Assembly (NCBI GenBank): GCA_001788495.1
Contig: MGCF01000006.1
Coordinates: forward strand, 2,106-66,105
Source: Candidatus Rokubacteria bacterium RIFCSPLOWO2_02_FULL_73_56
Lineage (GTDB): Bacteria; Methylomirabilota; Methylomirabilia; Rokubacteriales; CSP1-6
DNA: 64,000 bases
Reading direction: 5' to 3'
Under the pieces are notes generated by a model. The model did not search any database, was not told the DNA's origin, and saw nothing but the letters and a program-made list of their open reading frames with translations. Shown piece by piece: positions 43,814 through 52,959 of this stretch (within the stretch, counting starts at the first letter, position 1; each line of letters begins with the position of its first letter). Made by a program: the position numbers and the translations under genes.

Positions 43814-44989
43814 TCAGCGCTGGTTCCAGGGCGGCGTGGGAAACCGGAGCTTCCCGGTCGCCAGCTCGTCCGGCCAGACGATGACCTTCTTCCCGTCCTG
43901 CCACTGCGTCGTGACCATCTTGTGGGCGGTCTGGAACCCGTCCGCGTCGACCTTGAACCCGCCGAACGCCGTCTTCGTGTCGAGCTTCAGGAGCGTCTCG
44001 CGCACCTTCTCGCTGTCCAGGCTCCCGGCGCGCCTGACGGCCTCCGCCCAGACGGTGCACCCGGCGTACCCGGCCGCCGAGTGGTAGACGGGCTCGCGGC
44101 CGAACTCCTTCTTGTAGGCCCCGGCGAACTCCGTGTTGCCGGGATAGGGCAGCGCCGCCTCCCACTGGGTCGCCCCGGTGATGTACTCGGCGTTCTGCTT
44201 GAGGAGGTTGTAGAACTCCGGCAGGTCGCCGCCGACCGTGACGCCGTACATCTTGGGGTTGACGTTCAGCTCCTTCATCTGGCGCGTGATCGCGATCGCG
44301 TCGTCGAAGTAGGTCGAGGCCGCCAGCACGTCCGGGTTGGCCGCCTTGATCTTCGTGAGCATGCCGGAGAAGTCCTGGTTCCCCTTCGGGTAGCCCTCCT
44401 GGAAGACGACCTCCATGCCGCGTTTCTTGGCCAGATCGACCGCGCCGACCGCCGAGGCCTTCGCGAAGAGGGTGTCCTCGTACACGACGGCCACCGTCTT
44501 GAGCCCACGCTTGGCGGCCATGTCCACGAGGCCCTCCAGGTAGACCTCCGCCGGCGAGATGACCATGAAGATGTACTTGCGGCCCTTCTTGAAGATCGAG
44601 GTGGTCGCCGCCAGCGGCGTCACCATCACCTTCTTGTACTTCTCGGTGACGTTCGCCGAGGCCTCGGTCACCGGCGAGGAGTACGGGCCCATCAGCGCGT
44701 CCACCTTGTCCTCGGTGATGAGCTTCTCGTAGAGGCGCACCGCGGTGGCCGGCGTCGACTGGTCGTCGTAGACGACGAACTCGACCTTCCGGCCCAGCAG
44801 CCCGCCCTTGTCGTTGATCTGCTTCGCGCAGAGCTTGTAGCCTTCGTGCTGGTAGTTGCCCAGCTTGGCGTAGGTTCCGGTGAGCGACATCGAGGCGCCG
44901 ACGCGGATCGGCCCCTGCGCGCCGGCGGGGAGGCTCGCGGCCAGGACGGCGGCGGCGACGAGGACGGCACCGAGGGTCTTGATGGTCAT
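43814..44989 (-). CDS. livK: Periplasmic branched-chain amino-acid-binding protein (LivK/LivJ family).
   Basis: Signal peptide 'MTIKTLGAVLVAAAVLAASLPAGAQG', then 'PIRVGASMSLTGTYAKLGNYQHEGYKLCAKQINDKGGLLGRKVEFVVYDDQS', a periplasmic-binding-protein type I fold. CAGGAGGG RBS. Confidence 0.85.
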   Translation of the reverse strand: MTIKTLGAVLVAAAVLAASLPAGAQGPIRVGASMSLTGTYAKLGNYQHEGYKLCAKQINDKGGLLGRKVEFVVYDDQSTPATAVRLYEKLITEDKVDALMGPYSSPVTEASANVTEKYKKVMVTPLAATTSIFKKGRKYIFMVISPAEVYLEGLVDMAAKRGLKTVAVVYEDTLFAKASAVGAVDLAKKRGMEVVFQEGYPKGNQDFSGMLTKIKAANPDVLAASTYFDDAIAITRQMKELNVNPKMYGVTVGGDLPEFYNLLKQNAEYITGATQWEAALPYPGNTEFAGAYKKEFGREPVYHSAAGYAGCTVWAEAVRRAGSLDSEKVRETLLKLDTKTAFGGFKVDADGFQTAHKMVTTQWQDGKKVIVWPDELATGKLRFPTPPWNQR

Positions 44990-45049
44990 GGGGGCCCTCC
45001 TGCTGAGCGGGGTTCGGGTTCGAGCCTATCACGCATAGCATCCTGCGCT

Positions 45050-45079
45050 TTGACGTGTCAAGGCTCACGCCGCTAGACT
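45050..45079 (+). promoter_or_regulatory. Sigma70-like promoter for ynfA: -35 TTGACG (45050-45055), -10 TAGACT (45074-45079), 18-nt spacer. The -35 element lies inside the palindrome TTGACGTGTCAA (45050-45061).
   Basis: Direct read of sequence; AGGAG RBS 6-7 nt before the ATG at 45153. The same region is divergent from livK. Confidence 0.4.
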
Positions 45080-45152
45080 GCGGGCACCATGACGCCCCGG
45101 GTCGTCTGACCCGCGCCGGCACCGGGCCCCCCGCCCGGGAAAGGAGCCACGG

Positions 45153-45482
45153 ATGCTCGGCATCGCGCGATCGCTGCTGCTCTTCGTCGCGGCGGGCGCC
45201 TGCGAGATCGGCGGCGGCTACTTCGTCTGGCAGTGGTGGCGCGCCGGCGCCTCGTGGGCCGTCGGCCTGGCCGGCGCGGCCCTGCTCGTCGTCTACGGCG
45301 TCGTCCCGACCTATCAGCCCGCGCACTTCGGGCGCGCCTACGCCGCGTACGGCGGTGTGTTCGTCGTGCTCGCCGTCCTGTGGGGGTGGGCCGTGGACGG
45401 CATCGCCCCGGACCGCTTCGACGTCGCGGGCGGGGCGCTGTGCCTGCTCGGGGTCGCGGTGATCATGTACTGGCCCCGCTGA
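45153..45482 (+). CDS. ynfA: YnfA-family (UPF0060) small inner-membrane protein.
   Basis: '[28 protein letters not shown]...[53 protein letters not shown]' aligns along its length with E. coli YnfA (LFFATALCEIIGCFLPWLW...GRVYAAYGGVYV...VVDG). Confidence 0.85.
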   Translation: MLGIARSLLLFVAAGACEIGGGYFVWQWWRAGASWAVGLAGAALLVVYGVVPTYQPAHFGRAYAAYGGVFVVLAVLWGWAVDGIAPDRFDVAGGALCLLGVAVIMYWPR

Positions 45483-45508
45483 GCCGGGCGCGCGCGGCCG
45501 TCCGGGGG

Positions 45509-46006
45509 CTAGTCGCGGAACTCCTGGTCGAGGATCTCCCGGATGAACCGGTCGAGCGAGACCGGGTAGAAGCGCGCGTCGGGCGAGGCGATGACGCCGG
45601 TGTTGATGACCTCGCGCTGCTGGAGCTCCTCGAGCACGCGCTCGAGGTGGCCGTGGGCGTCGCGCTCCTGGCGTCGGATCCGCAGGTCCTCGCTCTCGAG
45701 CGCCACGCGCGGCGCGTAGCGGAAGCTGAAGACGCGGGCGACGAGCCGGCGGTCCATCAGCTCGGTCTCGCCGAACACCTCGCCGTAGGTCGGGCCGTCG
45801 CCGCCCGCCGCGAGCACGAGCCGCGGCGAGACCTTGATGCGCCCGCGCACCTCCACCGAGCGCCCGGGATGGTCCGGCTCGGCGCCGACGAGGATGTAGG
45901 GCAGCACGTGGTAGCCCGTGATGATCCCGTGCAGGGGCTTCCGCACCACCTGCGTCTGGTCGAAGACGTGGCGCAGGAACTCGGGATCTTGCCAGCGCTC
46001 GCTCAC
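45509..46006 (-). CDS. Hypothetical protein (165 aa).
   Basis: GTG start. 'VSERWQDPEFLRHVFDQTQVVRKPLHGIITGYHVLPYILVGAEPDHPGRSVEVRGRIKVSP...' is protein-like. The upstream part of the listed ORF is Arg-junk. Confidence 0.5.
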   Translation of the reverse strand: MSERWQDPEFLRHVFDQTQVVRKPLHGIITGYHVLPYILVGAEPDHPGRSVEVRGRIKVSPRLVLAAGGDGPTYGEVFGETELMDRRLVARVFSFRYAPRVALESEDLRIRRQERDAHGHLERVLEELQQREVINTGVIASPDARFYPVSLDRFIREILDQEFRD

Positions 46007-46027
46007 GCGAGGTAGTGTACCAGCCGG

Positions 46028-46183
46028 ATGGACCAGCGCCCGCGCCCGTCGCCGAGCCCCGCCCGCCCGGGAGTCACGGAGTGGGTGCACACCTGCGAGC
46101 GCTGCGGTGCGCGGATGGAAGAGCGCCAGTGCAAGATCGTCTGCACGACCTGCGGCGCCTTTCGAGACTGCAGCGACCCCTGA
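46028..46183 (+). CDS. Unlisted small zinc-ribbon ORF (51 aa, 7 Cys).
   Basis: 'MDQRPRPSPSPARPGVTEWVHTCERCGARMEERQCKIVCTTCGAFRDCSDP*' has CxxC...Cx3CxxC...C spacing and very high GC3 (47 of 51 codons). It was not in the ORF track because it is under 60 aa. Confidence 0.4.
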   Translation: MDQRPRPSPSPARPGVTEWVHTCERCGARMEERQCKIVCTTCGAFRDCSDP

Positions 46184-46274
46184 GCGCGCCGCCCCCGCGC
46201 CCCGCCTAGCCAACGCCCAGCCCGCATGATTCGCGAACGGCGCTGGCGCGATGACCGTTCGAAACTCATCCGGG

Positions 46275-46667
46275 CTAGAGCACCGCGATCGCCTCGACCT
46301 CGATCAGCCAGCCCGGCTGCGCGAGCGCCGTGACGCCGACGAGCGTGGAGGCAGGGAGCCGCGCGCCGAAGATCTCCGCGCGGATCGGCCCGAGGTCCGC
46401 GCGGTGCCGGAGGTCGGTCAGGTACGTGGTGAGCTTCACGATGCTCGCCGTCGTCCCGCCCGCCGCCTCGACCTGCGCGACGAGCGCGCGGAACGCCTCC
46501 CGCGCCTGCGCCGTGAAGTCGCCCGGGTGGGCGACGGCGCCGCTCGCGTCGTAGGCGACCTGGCCCGAGACGAACACGACCGCCTGGGCCCCGGTCACCT
46601 TGAGGGCCTGGCTGTACGTCGGGGGATCGAACACGCCTTTCGCCGCCACCTTCTCGATCTGGACCAT
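46275..46667 (-). CDS. ridA: RidA/YjgF-family reactive-intermediate deaminase.
   Basis: 'YSQALKVTGAQAVVFVSGQVAYD...' and the C-terminal '...RAEIFGARLPASTLVGVTALAQPGWLIEVEAIAV' match the Rid family. Confidence 0.8.
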   Translation of the reverse strand: MVQIEKVAAKGVFDPPTYSQALKVTGAQAVVFVSGQVAYDASGAVAHPGDFTAQAREAFRALVAQVEAAGGTTASIVKLTTYLTDLRHRADLGPIRAEIFGARLPASTLVGVTALAQPGWLIEVEAIAVL

Positions 46668-46737
46668 CGCGTCTCCCTCCGCGCCGCCGGGCTACACTCC
46701 CCGCATGCCGGCGGCGTCGGGCGAGTATAGCCGAGAA

Positions 46738-47604
46738 CTATTTCGCCCGCGGGTGCAGCGCGGACGCGTGGACGAGCCAGCGGCCCGGCCAGCCCGGGAC
46801 GGCGCACCCGGCGCGGAGCGCCCCCGCCCGGACGAGCCGCGCGGTGGCCGGCGCGACGTCGTCCGGCCGGAGGCCGAACAGGCGGCCGAGTGCCGGCGCG
46901 CTCGCGTACACCGCGCCGCGCAGATACCGCTCGGTCAGCTGCTCCACGGCGGCCCTGCGCGCCAGGCGCCGGCCCTCGGCCACCGCGTCCGGCAGCCAGG
47001 CCTCGAGCAGGTCCCAGCGGTAGGAGAAGCTCGGCTCGTACCGCTCCTCCGTCTTGACGATCCACAGGCCCTGCTGGAGCTCGGCCATCGCGCGCTCGAA
47101 CTCGCGCGTGCGCCGGGGCTCGAGCATGAAGCAGTTGGCGCGCAGCCCGCGCGTGTACTGCGGATGCTCGCGCACCAGGGCTTTGAGGACGTGGTGAGCG
47201 GTGTGCGACATCCGGCCGGCCGCGTACTCGGCCTCGAAGTCCCGCGCCCGCTGGCGGCCCCGCACGAGCGCGTAGAACGCCGGGAACAGGTCCAGCGCGA
47301 CCAGCACCGGCCGACCCTTGAGGAGCTTGCCGTAGTAGACGCGCTTCGTCGCCGGCAGCGTGTCCTTGAGCTCCCACGTGCGGCCGATCCCCGCGTCGTG
47401 GTGGGAGCGCCGCGGCCAGCGCGGCTCGGCCCGGCCGACCACCGCCTCCCACAGGCAGGCGACGCCCTCCGGGAAGCGGTAGAAGGTCGAGCAGAGCCCG
47501 ACGGCCTCCACGAACGCGAGCGCGGCGCGCTCGCTCCGCACGGCGAGCGAGGGCAGCCGGCGGAAGCGCCGGTCGCGCAGGCGCTCGAGCGACGCGCCGG
47601 TCAC
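46738..47604 (-). CDS. Winged-helix DNA-glycosylase-like protein (YcaQ/AlkZ, DUF1006-like); assignment tentative.
   Basis: GTG start at 47604. 'LVALDLFPAFYALVRGRQRARDFEAEYAAGRMSHTAHHVLKALVREHPQYTR...GLWIVKTEERYEPSFSYRWDLLEAWLPD' resembles YcaQ-family proteins. Confidence 0.4.
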   Translation of the reverse strand: MTGASLERLRDRRFRRLPSLAVRSERAALAFVEAVGLCSTFYRFPEGVACLWEAVVGRAEPRWPRRSHHDAGIGRTWELKDTLPATKRVYYGKLLKGRPVLVALDLFPAFYALVRGRQRARDFEAEYAAGRMSHTAHHVLKALVREHPQYTRGLRANCFMLEPRRTREFERAMAELQQGLWIVKTEERYEPSFSYRWDLLEAWLPDAVAEGRRLARRAAVEQLTERYLRGAVYASAPALGRLFGLRPDDVAPATARLVRAGALRAGCAVPGWPGRWLVHASALHPRAK

Positions 47605-47624
47605 GTGAGCTCGACCAGTACGCG

Positions 47625-48074
47625 CTACTCGAGCGTGAACGCGGGCGGGCTGCCCGACTGCCGCTTCGCGCAGAAGCGCGGGCCGTCGAGCGGGCGCGCG
47701 CCGCCCCGCAGGTCCGCCGCGACGTGGAAGCAGGGCGTGCCGGCGGCGACGCGGAAGCCCGGGGCGCCGGGGATCGGGATCACGTTGAGCCCGGGCCGCA
47801 GCGTCCACACGAGCTCGACGCTCGCGGGCCGCGCGCCCTCGCGGACCCGGAGGCGCACGGCGCACTCCCCGCTGCCGGCCACCTCGAGCTTCGCCACCCA
47901 GCGCTGCACCGCTTCGCCCTGCGGCAGCGGGCTCGGCGTCATGCCGAGGTCGCTGACCCGCACCGTCTTGATGCTCGCGCAGCGCACGGGCTCGGCGGCG
48001 CCGGCGCCCGCGGGCGCGCCGAGCGCCAGCAGGCCCAGCGCGACGAGTCCGAGCGCCCGGCCGCTCCGTCCCAT
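47625..48074 (-). CDS. Hypothetical secreted protein (signal peptide).
   Basis: 'MGRSGRALGLVALGLLALGAPAGAGAAEP...' followed by a Cys-containing beta-rich 125 aa. Confidence 0.5.
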   Translation of the reverse strand: MGRSGRALGLVALGLLALGAPAGAGAAEPVRCASIKTVRVSDLGMTPSPLPQGEAVQRWVAKLEVAGSGECAVRLRVREGARPASVELVWTLRPGLNVIPIPGAPGFRVAAGTPCFHVAADLRGGARPLDGPRFCAKRQSGSPPAFTLE

Positions 48075-48137
48075 GATCCCCTCATAGTGGAGGACGCGCG
48101 GGAGGTCAATGCCCTTCACGGCGCGCGCCGGCAACCG

Positions 48138-48542
48138 TCAGCGGCGCCGGTCGGAGATCCGGACCGCGAGCGCGCGGAGCCGGTCGAGCGTCGCGGGACT
48201 CAGCAGCGCCGTGAAGGCCTCCGGGTCGGCCTTCGCCCGCTCGAGCGCCTCGCCCAGCCGGCGCGCGTCGCCGCCCGTGCCGCGCGTGAGGTCCGCGAAG
48301 ACCTCCGCGGCGAGCTCGTAGAACGCCTGGGCGAGCTCCGGCGAGCCCGCGAGGGTCTGGACCTCGCGGTCGATCGCGGCGGCCCGAGGGTCGCCGGCGA
48401 CCGCCGGGCCGCGCTGCGCCGGGTCCTGGAGCAGCCGGAGGACGGCGGCGAGCGCCTCCTCCGAGGCCGGGTCGAGGGCCTGCGCGGCCGCCGGGGCCGC
48501 GGCGCAGGCGAGGAGCAGCACGGCGAGCGTCGCGCGGCGCAT
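48138..48542 (-). CDS. Hypothetical secreted helical protein (134 aa).
   Basis: 'MRRATLAVLLLACAAAPAAAQALDPASEEALAAVLRLLQDPAQRG...' is a signal peptide followed by an Ala/Leu/Glu-rich helical sequence. Confidence 0.5.
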   Translation of the reverse strand: MRRATLAVLLLACAAAPAAAQALDPASEEALAAVLRLLQDPAQRGPAVAGDPRAAAIDREVQTLAGSPELAQAFYELAAEVFADLTRGTGGDARRLGEALERAKADPEAFTALLSPATLDRLRALAVRISDRRR

Positions 48543-48585
48543 GCTTCCATTGACCACGTTTCGGCGAGCCTGTAAAGTGCGCCCC

Positions 48586-48786
48586 ATGAAGAAGACCGCG
48601 AAGAAGGCCGTGAAGAAGCAGACGGTGTCGAAGCCCAGGACGAAGACCACCGCGCGGAAGACCGCGGCGAAGAAGCCGGCGGCCCAGGCGCCGCGGCGGG
48701 CCAGGGCCGCGAAGCCCGCCGCGCCGTACACGCCGCCGCCGCTCACGACGTCGGGCTGGGCACCGTTCCGGTACCCGCCGCAGTAA
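48586..48786 (+). CDS. Histone H1-like / Lys-Ala-rich basic nucleoid-associated small protein (66 aa).
   Basis: 'MKKTAKKAVKKQTVSKPRTKTTARKTAAKKPAAQAPRRARAAKPAAPY...' consists of KKAAK-type basic repeats. Confidence 0.5.
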   Translation: MKKTAKKAVKKQTVSKPRTKTTARKTAAKKPAAQAPRRARAAKPAAPYTPPPLTTSGWAPFRYPPQ

Positions 48787-48844
48787 GCTGAACAAGCTCC
48801 TCCCGCACACCCTGCCCGGCGGCCTGCTGCTCCTCGGAGCCGCC

Positions 48845-49996
48845 GTGTCCCTGCAGGTGGACGCGCTCCGCGGCGCGCTCGAGCCGCTCGTCCCCGTCTA
48901 TCCGTGGATCGTCTTCGGCGCGGGCGTCCTGCTCGGCTGGCGCTTCCACCGGCTGCAGCCCATCCTGGCGCTCGTGCTGCTCCTCGCCGCGGAGCGCACG
49001 CTCGCGACCTTCGCCGACGCCGGGGCGGCTCCGGCCGACCGCGCGGTGACGGCGGCGGTCGCGCTCCTGCTGCCGCTCGACCTCGCGGTCCTGGCCTGGC
49101 ACTCCGAGCGCTCGCTGCGCGCGGGCGCCGGCCGCTTGACCCTCGCCCTGCTGCTGATCCAGCCGCTCGCGGTCGTGCTCGTGCGACAGCCCGAGCTGGA
49201 GAGCCTGGCGCGCGCGCTCGACGCCGGGCGCGCCGGGGGGCCCGGCCTCCGGGGCGCGGCGCTCACGCAGCCCGAGCTCCTCGCCTTCGGTGCCGCGCTG
49301 GCGCTCGCCAGCGCGCGCTTCGCGCTCCGGCAGACCCTCATCCAGTCGGGCTTCCTCTGGGCGCTGCTGGCGGCGTTCCTCGCGGTCGGGGCCGGCACGG
49401 GGCTCGCGGCCACGGTCTACCTCACGACGGGCGGGCTCGTGCTCGTCCTGGCGCTCGTGGAGACGTCGCACCACATGGCGTACGACGACGAGCTCACCGG
49501 GCTGCCGGGCCGGCGCGCCTTCGAGGACGCGCTCCTGCGGCTCGGCGGCCAGTTCGCGATCGCGATGCTGGACATCGACCACTTCAAGCGGTTCAACGAC
49601 GAGCACGGCCACGACGCGGGCGACCAGCTCCTGCGGATGGTGGGCGCCACGCTCACGCGCACGGAGGGCGGCGGGCGCGCGTTCCGCTACGGGGGCGAGG
49701 AGTTCGCGATCCTCTTCCCGGGCCGCTCGGCGGTGGACGCGCTGCCGCACCTCGAGGCCCTGCGGCGCGCGATCGAGGCCACGGGCTTCACGCTGCGCGG
49801 CCGCGACCGCCCCACGCAGAAGCCCAAGCGGCCCGTCGCGGCCGGGCCGCGCCGGAAGCTCTCCGTGACGGTCAGCATCGGCGTCGCCGAGTCCGACGGG
49901 GGCGAGGCCGACCCGCGCGAGGTCGTCAAGGCCGCGGACCGGGCGCTCTACCGGGCCAAGGGCGCCGGACGCAACCGCGTCGTGTGCGCCGGCTAG
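48845..49996 (+). CDS. Membrane-anchored GGDEF-domain diguanylate cyclase.
   Basis: Five or six N-terminal TM helices, then 'DELTGLPGRRAFED...FAIAMLDIDHFKRFNDEHGHDAGDQLL...RYGGEEFAILFPG' with an intact GGEEF motif. GTG start. Confidence 0.85.
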   Translation: MSLQVDALRGALEPLVPVYPWIVFGAGVLLGWRFHRLQPILALVLLLAAERTLATFADAGAAPADRAVTAAVALLLPLDLAVLAWHSERSLRAGAGRLTLALLLIQPLAVVLVRQPELESLARALDAGRAGGPGLRGAALTQPELLAFGAALALASARFALRQTLIQSGFLWALLAAFLAVGAGTGLAATVYLTTGGLVLVLALVETSHHMAYDDELTGLPGRRAFEDALLRLGGQFAIAMLDIDHFKRFNDEHGHDAGDQLLRMVGATLTRTEGGGRAFRYGGEEFAILFPGRSAVDALPHLEALRRAIEATGFTLRGRDRPTQKPKRPVAAGPRRKLSVTVSIGVAESDGGEADPREVVKAADRALYRAKGAGRNRVVCAG

Positions 49997-50853
49997 GCGT
50001 CGCCCGCCCCGGCGAAGGCGAGGATCGCGTCGACCACGGCCTGCGGCTGCTCCTCCGGGATGAAGTGGCCGGAGTCGGGCACCGCGTGGCCCGTGACGGG
50101 CCCGGCGCAGCGCGCGCGCCAGACGCCGAGCATGTCCGCGGCCTGCGGCACGCGCCCGGCGCCGCCCCAGAGGACGAGCGTCGGCACGCCGATCTTGCGG
50201 TCGCGGTCGGCGCCGTCGTGCTCGAAGTCCAGACTCGCCGCGGCCCGGTAGTCCTCGAACCCGGCGCGCATCGCGCCCGGCTGGCGGAAGCAGCGCAGGT
50301 ACTCCTGGATCGCCTCCTCCTCGATCGCGGCCGGGTTCCACGCCCAGCTCCGGTACAGGAAGCGCAGGTAGACGTCCTCGCGCCCGGCGGTGAGCGCCTC
50401 GGGCAGGTCCGGCACCTGGTGGAAGAACCAGTGCCAGCGCGCGCGCGCGCTCACGCGGTCGGTGCGCTCGAACACGTCGTACGTGGGCGCGATGTCGAGG
50501 AGGACGAGGCGCGTGAGGAGCGCCGGGTGGTCGAGCGCCAGGCGGTGGGCGACGCGCGCGCCGCGGTCGTGGCCGACCAGCGTCACCGGGGCGAGTCCGA
50601 GGGCGGCGATCACGTCGGCGACGTCGGCGGCCATCGTGCGCTTGTCGTAGCCGGCGGCCGGCCGGTCCGAGTCGCCGTAGCCGCGGAGGTCGGGGGCGAC
50701 GACCGTGAACTGCTCGGCGAGCACCGGCATCACCTTGCGCCACATGTGGCCGGTCTGGGGGTAGCCGTGCAGGAGCACGAGCCCCGGCCCCCGGCCGAGC
50801 CGGCGGTAGTGGAGGCGGATCCCGTCGCGCGTGCCGACGACGCCCCGGGTCAT
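49993..50853 (-). CDS. Alpha/beta hydrolase, haloacetate dehalogenase/epoxide hydrolase-like.
   Basis: 'LLHGYPQTGHMWRKVMPVLAEQFTVVAPDLRGYGDSDRP', 'VGHDRGARVAH' nucleophile elbow, and a C-terminal His. Confidence 0.75.
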   Translation of the reverse strand: MTRGVVGTRDGIRLHYRRLGRGPGLVLLHGYPQTGHMWRKVMPVLAEQFTVVAPDLRGYGDSDRPAAGYDKRTMAADVADVIAALGLAPVTLVGHDRGARVAHRLALDHPALLTRLVLLDIAPTYDVFERTDRVSARARWHWFFHQVPDLPEALTAGREDVYLRFLYRSWAWNPAAIEEEAIQEYLRCFRQPGAMRAGFEDYRAAASLDFEHDGADRDRKIGVPTLVLWGGAGRVPQAADMLGVWRARCAGPVTGHAVPDSGHFIPEEQPQAVVDAILAFAGAGDA

Positions 50854-50967
50854 GCGCCCGATTAGACTCCGGAGGGGCGCCGGCGCGCAACGCCCGGCGA
50901 TTCGAGGGCCTCGGGCGCCGCGCCTGTGCTCCCGTTCGCCACGCCCGCTGAGCCCGGCGGCGCGGGG

Positions 50968-52959
50968 CTACGCGCGCGCGACCGGCTCGCGCTCGGCGAG
51001 CCACGCGTGCGCGGCGGCGCGCAGCGCCGCGCGCTCGCGCGGGTCGAGCCCCGCGGGGTCGAACCGGTAGCGGTAGTGCAGGCGGACGAGCGGCCGGAGC
51101 GCGTCCTCGTGGATGCGCTCGACCCACGCCGACGCCGGCTCGGACGGGCGCCGGCCGCGCCCCGCCACGGCCAGCGCCCGCTCGACGAGGTAGAACTCCG
51201 AATCGTCCCCGCGGCGCTGCCGCGGTGCCGCGGGGGCCGGCACCGCCGCGCCGCCCCGGCCGACGCGCTTGCGCGCCCAGAGGCGCCACGCGAGGAGCAG
51301 GATGAGGGGGATCAGCAGCCAGGCCAGGTACGGTCCCATCCAGTCGCCGCCCTCGCTCCAGCGCCACCGCGCGAAGAGGAACTGCGCCCACGCCCACAGG
51401 TCGCCCACCGGCCCCAGGAGCGAGTCCGGGGTCTCCTCGTCCACCCACACGGACGGCGTCGTGTCCACGTCCCGCCACGCGCCGCCGACCCACGCCAGCG
51501 CCCACGCGTGCGCGTGGCGCTGCCGCACGATCCAGCGCCGCTCGAGCCAGCTCCACTCCTGCACGGAGTAGCCGACGGCGTAGCGCGCGGGGAGGCCGGC
51601 AGCACGCAGCAGCAGGACGGTCGCCGTCGCGAAGTACTCGCAGTGGCCGGCGCGCGTCTCGAGCAGGAACTGCTCGAGCGGGGGGACGTCCCGCCGCGCG
51701 GCGCGCCGGTAGAGCGAGTAGCGGAAGTTCCGCCGGAACCAGCGCTCGACGGCGCGCACCGCCTCGGCGGGCGGGAGCGTGGCGAGGCGGAGCTCCGCGG
51801 CGACGCGCGCCAGGACCACCGCCTCGCGCGCCGGCACGCCCGTGTCGGCCTCGGTCGGCGGCGCGTCGAGCGGCGCCGCCGGGTCGAAGCGGACGCCGTA
51901 GGTGACGAGGCCGAGGCCCTCGTCCACCTTCACCGCGCCGAGCCGGTTCCGGCTCACGGTGACGGCCGCGAGCCGGTCGAGCCGGTACGCGCCGTTCGGC
52001 AGCGTCAGGACGCCGCGGCCGCGGGGCAGGTACGCGCTGATCGCGACCGTGCGCGGCGCCGTGGCGGGCGGCCCGAGCGTCCACGTCTCGCCGTCGGCCT
52101 CCGGCTGGATCGGCGTGAACCCGGCGGCGGACGCGAACCACGCGGGCGAGCTGTAGAGGTCGTAGCTCGCCTCGCGCAGCAGCAGCGGCACCCGGACGCC
52201 GGGGCCCGGGTCCACGCGCAGCACGACGCGCTCGGAGAGCTTCAGCTCGCCGAGTTGCCCGATCGCCGTCATGCTGCGGAACGGGTCCAGGTCCCGGCGC
52301 ACGAGGCTGAAGATGTACTCGAAGACCCGTTCCTCGACGACGGTCTGCAGGCGGTGGAGCGCCGCCTGGCCGCCCCAGCCGAGCGCGGCCGCCGCGACGA
52401 CGAGCGCCGCCCACCAGGCGGGCCGGAAGCGCCGCGAGCGCTCGAACCAGAGCGCCCAGCCGACGAGCGCGCAGAGGCCCGCGTAGAACACGGGCGTGCG
52501 CACGTTCGCCGCGCTCGTCGCGAGCACGACGAGCGCCAGGTACGGGTAGGCGAAGTCCACCGCGCCGGCCGGCGCCGCCGGGTCGCGCTCGGCCCGGCGC
52601 CGCAGCGCCCAGAAGAAGGCGGTGAGCGGCACGCGGCCCTCCACGCTGTAGGCCTGGCAGGCGGCCAGGGGCGCGAGGAGCAGGGGCAGCCACTCGAACA
52701 GGATCGTGAGCGCCCGCGGCCCGGCGACGGCCGTCCGCCCGGCGCCCGTCGTCGCGAAGAGGTAGACGGCGCCGCCCAGGAAGAGGACGGCGCACAGGTC
52801 GGCGACGCGGTTGAAGTCGCTCCGCGACAGCTCGAGGCGCCACGTGACGGCGCGCGCGCCTTCGAGGAGGGTCGCGACGGCGAGGCCGAAGAAGACGAGG
52901 CCGGTCTGCCAGCCCCAGAAGACGAGCGCGGCGCCGAGCAGGAGCGGCGGCGTGCTCAC
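50968..52959 (-). CDS. Transglutaminase-like membrane protein TgpA family.
   Basis: N-terminal TM region, then 'FLLETRAGHCEYFATATVLLLRAAGLPARYAVGY' (transglutaminase core Cys) and a C-terminal TM. GTG start overlapping the DUF58 stop (GTGA at 52956-52959). Confidence 0.8.
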   Translation of the reverse strand: MSTPPLLLGAALVFWGWQTGLVFFGLAVATLLEGARAVTWRLELSRSDFNRVADLCAVLFLGGAVYLFATTGAGRTAVAGPRALTILFEWLPLLLAPLAACQAYSVEGRVPLTAFFWALRRRAERDPAAPAGAVDFAYPYLALVVLATSAANVRTPVFYAGLCALVGWALWFERSRRFRPAWWAALVVAAAALGWGGQAALHRLQTVVEERVFEYIFSLVRRDLDPFRSMTAIGQLGELKLSERVVLRVDPGPGVRVPLLLREASYDLYSSPAWFASAAGFTPIQPEADGETWTLGPPATAPRTVAISAYLPRGRGVLTLPNGAYRLDRLAAVTVSRNRLGAVKVDEGLGLVTYGVRFDPAAPLDAPPTEADTGVPAREAVVLARVAAELRLATLPPAEAVRAVERWFRRNFRYSLYRRAARRDVPPLEQFLLETRAGHCEYFATATVLLLRAAGLPARYAVGYSVQEWSWLERRWIVRQRHAHAWALAWVGGAWRDVDTTPSVWVDEETPDSLLGPVGDLWAWAQFLFARWRWSEGGDWMGPYLAWLLIPLILLLAWRLWARKRVGRGGAAVPAPAAPRQRRGDDSEFYLVERALAVAGRGRRPSEPASAWVERIHEDALRPLVRLHYRYRFDPAGLDPRERAALRAAAHAWLAEREPVARA

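Noticed and set aside
46015-46209. 64-aa Pro/Arg-rich ORF listed on the plus strand
   Set aside because: The overlapping frame that gives the Cys-rich zinc-ribbon peptide (46028..46183) is far more protein-like; the 46015 frame is low-complexity.
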